The position numbers and the translations under genes were made by a program. Positions 59,079 through 64,000 of a stretch of DNA of 64,000 nt are shown here, in pieces. This stretch comes from Eledone cirrhosa. Lineage: Eukaryota. The stretch's first letter is position 1; every line of letters starts with the position of its first letter. The DNA is taken from positions 71,982,001 through 72,046,000 of the forward strand of contig OZ024743.1 of assembly GCA_964016885.1 (NCBI GenBank). Reading direction: 5' to 3'. The notes beneath the pieces are model-generated. The model did no database searches, was not told where the DNA came from, and saw only the letters and a list, made by a program, of their open reading frames with translations.

Positions 59079-59137
59079 GTTAATTTTCATAAGGAAAGTA
59101 TATACTTTCGAACGTTCAACTATCTGGCAGATGGGTA

Positions 59138-59182
59138 AACGGTGCTGATGATAGCTAACAAGCTTGAAACTAGTACATCGTT
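59138..59182 (+). ncRNA. Type I minimal HHR (representative of 14 identical copies); predicted cleavage after 59175
   Basis: aacggtg-CTGATGA-t-agct(aaca)agct-t-GAAA-ctag-TA^catcgtt; stem I extends further (ctggc/gtcag, gttcaac/gttgaac). Confidence 0.85.
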
Positions 59183-59336
59183 CCTGTGTCAGTGTTGAAC
59201 AAAAAGGTGACGTGGTTGCCTTAACACCGTATGGCATAAATTCAGGCTGTTCAGTTTGTTTACAAACGAACAAAGCGACGTTAGCGCCGCTAAACTGATA
59301 CGTGCATATATGTATGTGTACCTGTATGCATATGTA

Positions 59337-59378
<42 letters not shown>

Positions 59379-59814
59379 CATGCTACTGTACGTCTGTATA
59401 CATATATGTATGTACGTATACATGCATACTTACATTTAAGTGAGTGCCATACTAAGAGTGAGAAATGAAATTTCGTTTTCATTTTGTTTCAATTTATCGT
59501 TTTCGGTATGCCTAACCGATTTAACTCACTCAATATGCAAATTAGGCTGCTCAGCCGTTAATTTTCATAAGGAAAGTATATACTTTCGAACGTTCAACTA
59601 TCTGGCAGATGGGTAAACGGTGCTGATGATAGCTAACAAGCTTGAAACTAGTACATCGTTCCTGTGTCAGTGTTGAACAAAAAGGTGACGTGGTTGCCTT
59701 AACACCGTATGGCATAAATTCAGGCTGTTCAGTTTGTTTACAAACGAACAAAGCGACGTTAGCGCCGCTAAACTGATACGTGCATATATGTATGTGTGCC
59801 TGTGTGCATATGTA

Positions 59815-59845
<31 letters not shown>

Positions 59846-60284
59846 GTGCATGCTACTGTACGTCTGTATACATGTATGTATGTACGTATACATGCATACT
59901 TACATTTAGGTAAGTGCCATACTAAGAGTGAGAAATGAAATTTCGTTTTCATTTTGTTTCAATTTATCGTTTTCGGTATGCCTAACCGATTTAACTCACT
60001 CAATATGCAAATTAGGCTGCTCAGCCGTTAATTTTCATAAGGAAAGTATATACTTTCGAACGTTCAACTATCTGGCAGATGGGTAAACGGTGCTGATGAT
60101 AGCTAACAAGCTTGAAACTAGTACATCGTTCCTGTGTCAGTGTTGAACAAAAAGGTGACGTGGTTGCCTTAACACCGTATGGCATAAATTCAGGCTGTTC
60201 AGTTTGTTTACAAACGAACAAAGCGACGTTAGCGCCGCTAAACTGATACGTGCATATATGTATGTGTACCTGTATGCATATGTA

Positions 60285-60330
<46 letters not shown>

Positions 60331-60766
60331 CATGCTACTGTACGTCTGTATACATATATGTATGTACGTATACATGCATGCTTACATTTAAGTGAGTGCC
60401 ATACTAAGAGTGAGAAATGAAATTTCGTTTTCATTTTGTTTCAATTTATCGTTTTCGGTATGCCTAACCGATTTAACTCACTCAATATGCAAATTAGGCT
60501 GCTCAGCCGTTAATTTTCATAAGGAAAGTATATACTTTCGAACGTTCAACTATCTGGCAGATGGGTAAACGGTGCTGATGATAGCTAACAAGCTTGAAAC
60601 TAGTACATCGTTCCTGTGTCAGTGTTGAACAAAAAGGTGACGTGGTTGCCTTAACACCGTATGGCATAAATTCAGGCTGTTCAGTTTGTTTACAAACGAA
60701 CAAAGCGACGTTAGCGCCGCTAAACTGATACGTGCATATATGTATGTGTGCCTGTGTGCATATGTA

Positions 60767-60797
<31 letters not shown>

Positions 60798-61236
60798 GTG
60801 CATGCTACTGTACGTCTGTATACATGTATGTATGTACGTATACATGCATACTTACATTTAGGTAAGTGCCATACTAAGAGTGAGAAATGAAATTTCGTTT
60901 TCATTTTGTTTCAATTTATCGTTTTCGGTATGCCTAACCGATTTAACTCACTCAATATGCAAATTAGGCTGCTCAGCCGTTAATTTTCATAAGGAAAGTA
61001 TATACTTTCGAACGTTAAACTATCTGGCAGATGGGTAAACGGTGCTGATGATAGCTAACAAGCTTGAAACTAGTACATCGTTCCTGTGTCAGTGTTGAAC
61101 AAAAAGGTGACGTGGTTGCCTTAACACCGTATGGCATAAATTCAGGCTGTTCAGTTTGTTTACAAACGAACAAAGCGACGTTAGCGCCGCTAAACTGATA
61201 CGTGCATATATGTATGTGTACCTGTATGCATATGTA

Positions 61237-61278
<42 letters not shown>

Positions 61279-61714
61279 CATGCTACTGTACGTCTGTATA
61301 CATATATGTATGTACGTATACATGCATACTTACATTTAAGTGAGTGCCATACTAAGAGTGAGAAATGAAATTTCGTTTTCATTTTGTTTCAATTTATCGT
61401 TTTCGGTATGCCTAACCGATTTAACTCACTCAATATGCAAATTAGGCTGCTCAGCCGTTAATTTTCATAAGGAAAGTATATACTTTCGAACGTTCAACTA
61501 TCTGGCAGATGGGTAAACGGTGCTGATGATAGCTAACAAGCTTGAAACTAGTACATCGTTCCTGTGTCAGTGTTGAACAAAAAGGTGACGTGGTTGCCTT
61601 AACACCGTATGGCATAAATTCAGGCTGTTCAGTTTGTTTACAAACGAACAAAGCGACGTTAGCGCCGCTAAACTGATACGTGCATATATGTATGTGTGCC
61701 TGTGTGCATATGTA

Positions 61715-61745
<31 letters not shown>

Positions 61746-62186
61746 GTGCATGCTACTGTACGTCTGTATACATGTATGTATGTACGTATACATGCATACT
61801 TACATTTAGGTAAGTGCCATACTAAGAGTGAGAAATGAAATTTCGTTTTCATTTTGTTTCAAATTATCGTTTTCGGTATGCCTAACCGATTTAACTCACT
61901 CAATATGCAAATTAGGCTGCTCAGCCGTTAATTTTCATAAGGAAAGTATATACTTTCGAACGTTCAACTATCTGGCAGATGGGTAAACGGTGCTGATGAT
62001 AGCTAACAAGCTTGAAACTAGTACATCGTTCCTGTGTCAGTGTTGAACAAAAAGGTGACGTGGTTGCCTTAACACCGTATGGCATAAATTCAGGCTGTTC
62101 AGTTTGTTTACAAACGAACAAAGCGACGTTAGCGCCGCTAAACTGATACGTGCATATATGTATGTGTACCTGTATGCATATGTATA

Positions 62187-62236
<50 letters not shown>

Positions 62237-62672
62237 CATGCTACTGTACGTCTGTATACATATATGTATGTACGTATACATGCATACTTACATTTAAGTG
62301 AGTGCCATACTAAGAGTAAGAAATGAAATTTCGTTTTCATTTTGTTTCAATTTATCGTTTTCGGTATGCCTAACCGATTTAACTCACTCAATATGCAAAT
62401 TAGGCTGCTCAGCCGTTAATTTTCATAAGGAAAGTATATACTTTCGAACGTTCAACTATCTGGCAGATGGGTAAACGGTGCTGATGATAGCTAACAAGCT
62501 TGAAACTAGTACATCGTTCCTGTGTCAGTGTTGAACAAAAAGGTGACGTGGTTGCCTTAACACCGTATGGCATAAATTCAGGCTGTTCAGTTTGTTTACA
62601 AACGAACAAAGCGACGTTAGCGCCGCTAAACTGATACGTGCATATATGTATGTGTGCCTGTGTGCATATGTA

Positions 62673-62703
<31 letters not shown>

Positions 62704-63142
62704 GTGCATGCTACTGTACGTCTGTATACATGTATGTATGTACGTATACATGCATACTTACATTTAGGTAAGTGCCATACTAAGAGTGAGAAATGAAATT
62801 TCGTTTTCATTTTGTTTCAATTTATCGTTTTCGGTATGCCTAACCGATTTAACTCACTCAATATGCAAATTAGGCTGCTCAGCCGTTAATTTTCATAAGG
62901 AAAGTATATACTTTCGAACGTTCAACTATCTGGCAGATGGGTAAACGGTGCTGATGATAGCTAACAAGCTTGAAACTAGTACATCGTTCCTGTGTCAGTG
63001 TTGAACAAAAAGGTGACGTGGTTGCCTTAACACCGTATGGCATAAATTCAGGCTGTTCAGTTTGTTTACAAACGAACAAAGCGACGTTAGCGCCGCTAAA
63101 CTGATACGTGCATATATGTATGTGTACCTGTATGCATATGTA

Positions 63143-63188
<46 letters not shown>

Positions 63189-64000
63189 CATGCTACTGTA
63201 CGTCTGTATACATATATGTATGTACGTATACATGCATACTTACATTTAAGTGAGTGCCATACTAAGAGTGAGAAATGAAATTTCGTTTTCATTTTGTTTC
63301 AATTTATCGTTTTCGGTATGCCTAACCGATTTAACTCACTCAATATGCAAATTAGGCTGCTCAGCCGTTAATTTTCATAAGGAAAGTATATACTTTCGAA
63401 CGTTCAACTATCTGGCAGATGGGTAAACGGTGCTGATGATAGCTAACAAGCTTGAAACTAGTACATCGTTCCTGTGTCAGTGTTGAACAAAAAGGTGACG
63501 TGGTTGCCTTAACACCGTATGGCATAAATTCAGGCTGTTCAGTTTGTTTACAAACGAACAAAGCGACGTTAGCGCCGCTAAACTGATACGTGCATATATG
63601 TATGTGTGCCTGTGTGCATATGTATATATGTGTGTATATATATATATATATATGTGCATGCTACTGTACGTCTGTATACATGTATGTATGTACGTATACA
63701 TGCATACTTACATTTAGGTAAGTGCCATACTAAGAGTGAGAAATGAAATTTCGTTTTCATTTTGTTTCAATTTATCGTTTTCGGTATGCCTAACCGATTT
63801 AACTCACTCAATATGCAAATTAGGCTGCTCAGCCGTTAATTTTCATAAGGAAAGTATATACTTTCGAACGTTCAACTATCTGGCAGATGGGTAAACGGTG
63901 CTGATGATAGCTAACAAGCTTGAAACTAGTACATCGTTCCTGTGTCAGTGTTGAACAAAAAGGTGACGTGGTTGCCTTAACACCGTATGGCATAAATTCA

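Larger units (their letters stand above)
59026..64000 (+). mobile_element. Retrozyme array F1, main arm (over 10 monomers of 468-488 bp, continues past the window)
   Basis: HHR starts at 59138, 59616, 60086, 60568, 61038, 61516, 61986, 62474, 62944, 63426 and 63894. Confidence 0.9.

Noticed and set aside
57682-63760. Repeated 133-139 aa ORF (MKTKFHF...MKING) in the array
   Set aside because: It is antisense to the HHR, runs through a variable (TA)n tract that shifts the frame between monomers, and has no recognisable domain.
57671-64000. CRISPR-like or centromeric satellite interpretation
   Set aside because: There are no unique spacers or cas genes. The HHR, the dispersed copy and the inversion junction fit a retrozyme better.

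Overview
AT-rich, repeat-saturated non-coding metazoan DNA. The dominant tRNA-derived SINE and the long (TA)n/(CA)n tracts suggest an octopus or other cephalopod genome (inference). No intact host gene is supported. The window holds a decayed CR1/L2-type LINE, RTE and R4/Dong fragments, about 19 SINE copies, two non-autonomous Helitrons and several decayed Penelope-like elements (PLEs, mostly Naiad-type). The main signal is a high density of type I hammerhead ribozyme (HHR) motifs read directly from the sequence: about 35 copies in about a dozen sequence families. The last 6.3 kb (57671-64000, running off the window) is a young tandem array of ~470-488 bp monomers. Each monomer carries an HHR and an octamer box, i.e. 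a retrozyme-like array. The monomers alternate strictly between A and B variants, and the array has a 5' inversion with a twin-priming-type junction. Related HHR-bearing monomer families (~404 bp, ~317 bp and others) occur as tail-out fold-backs in (TA)n tracts, next to PLE remnants that could supply RT and endonuclease in trans. All ribozyme folds were read by eye and are untested.
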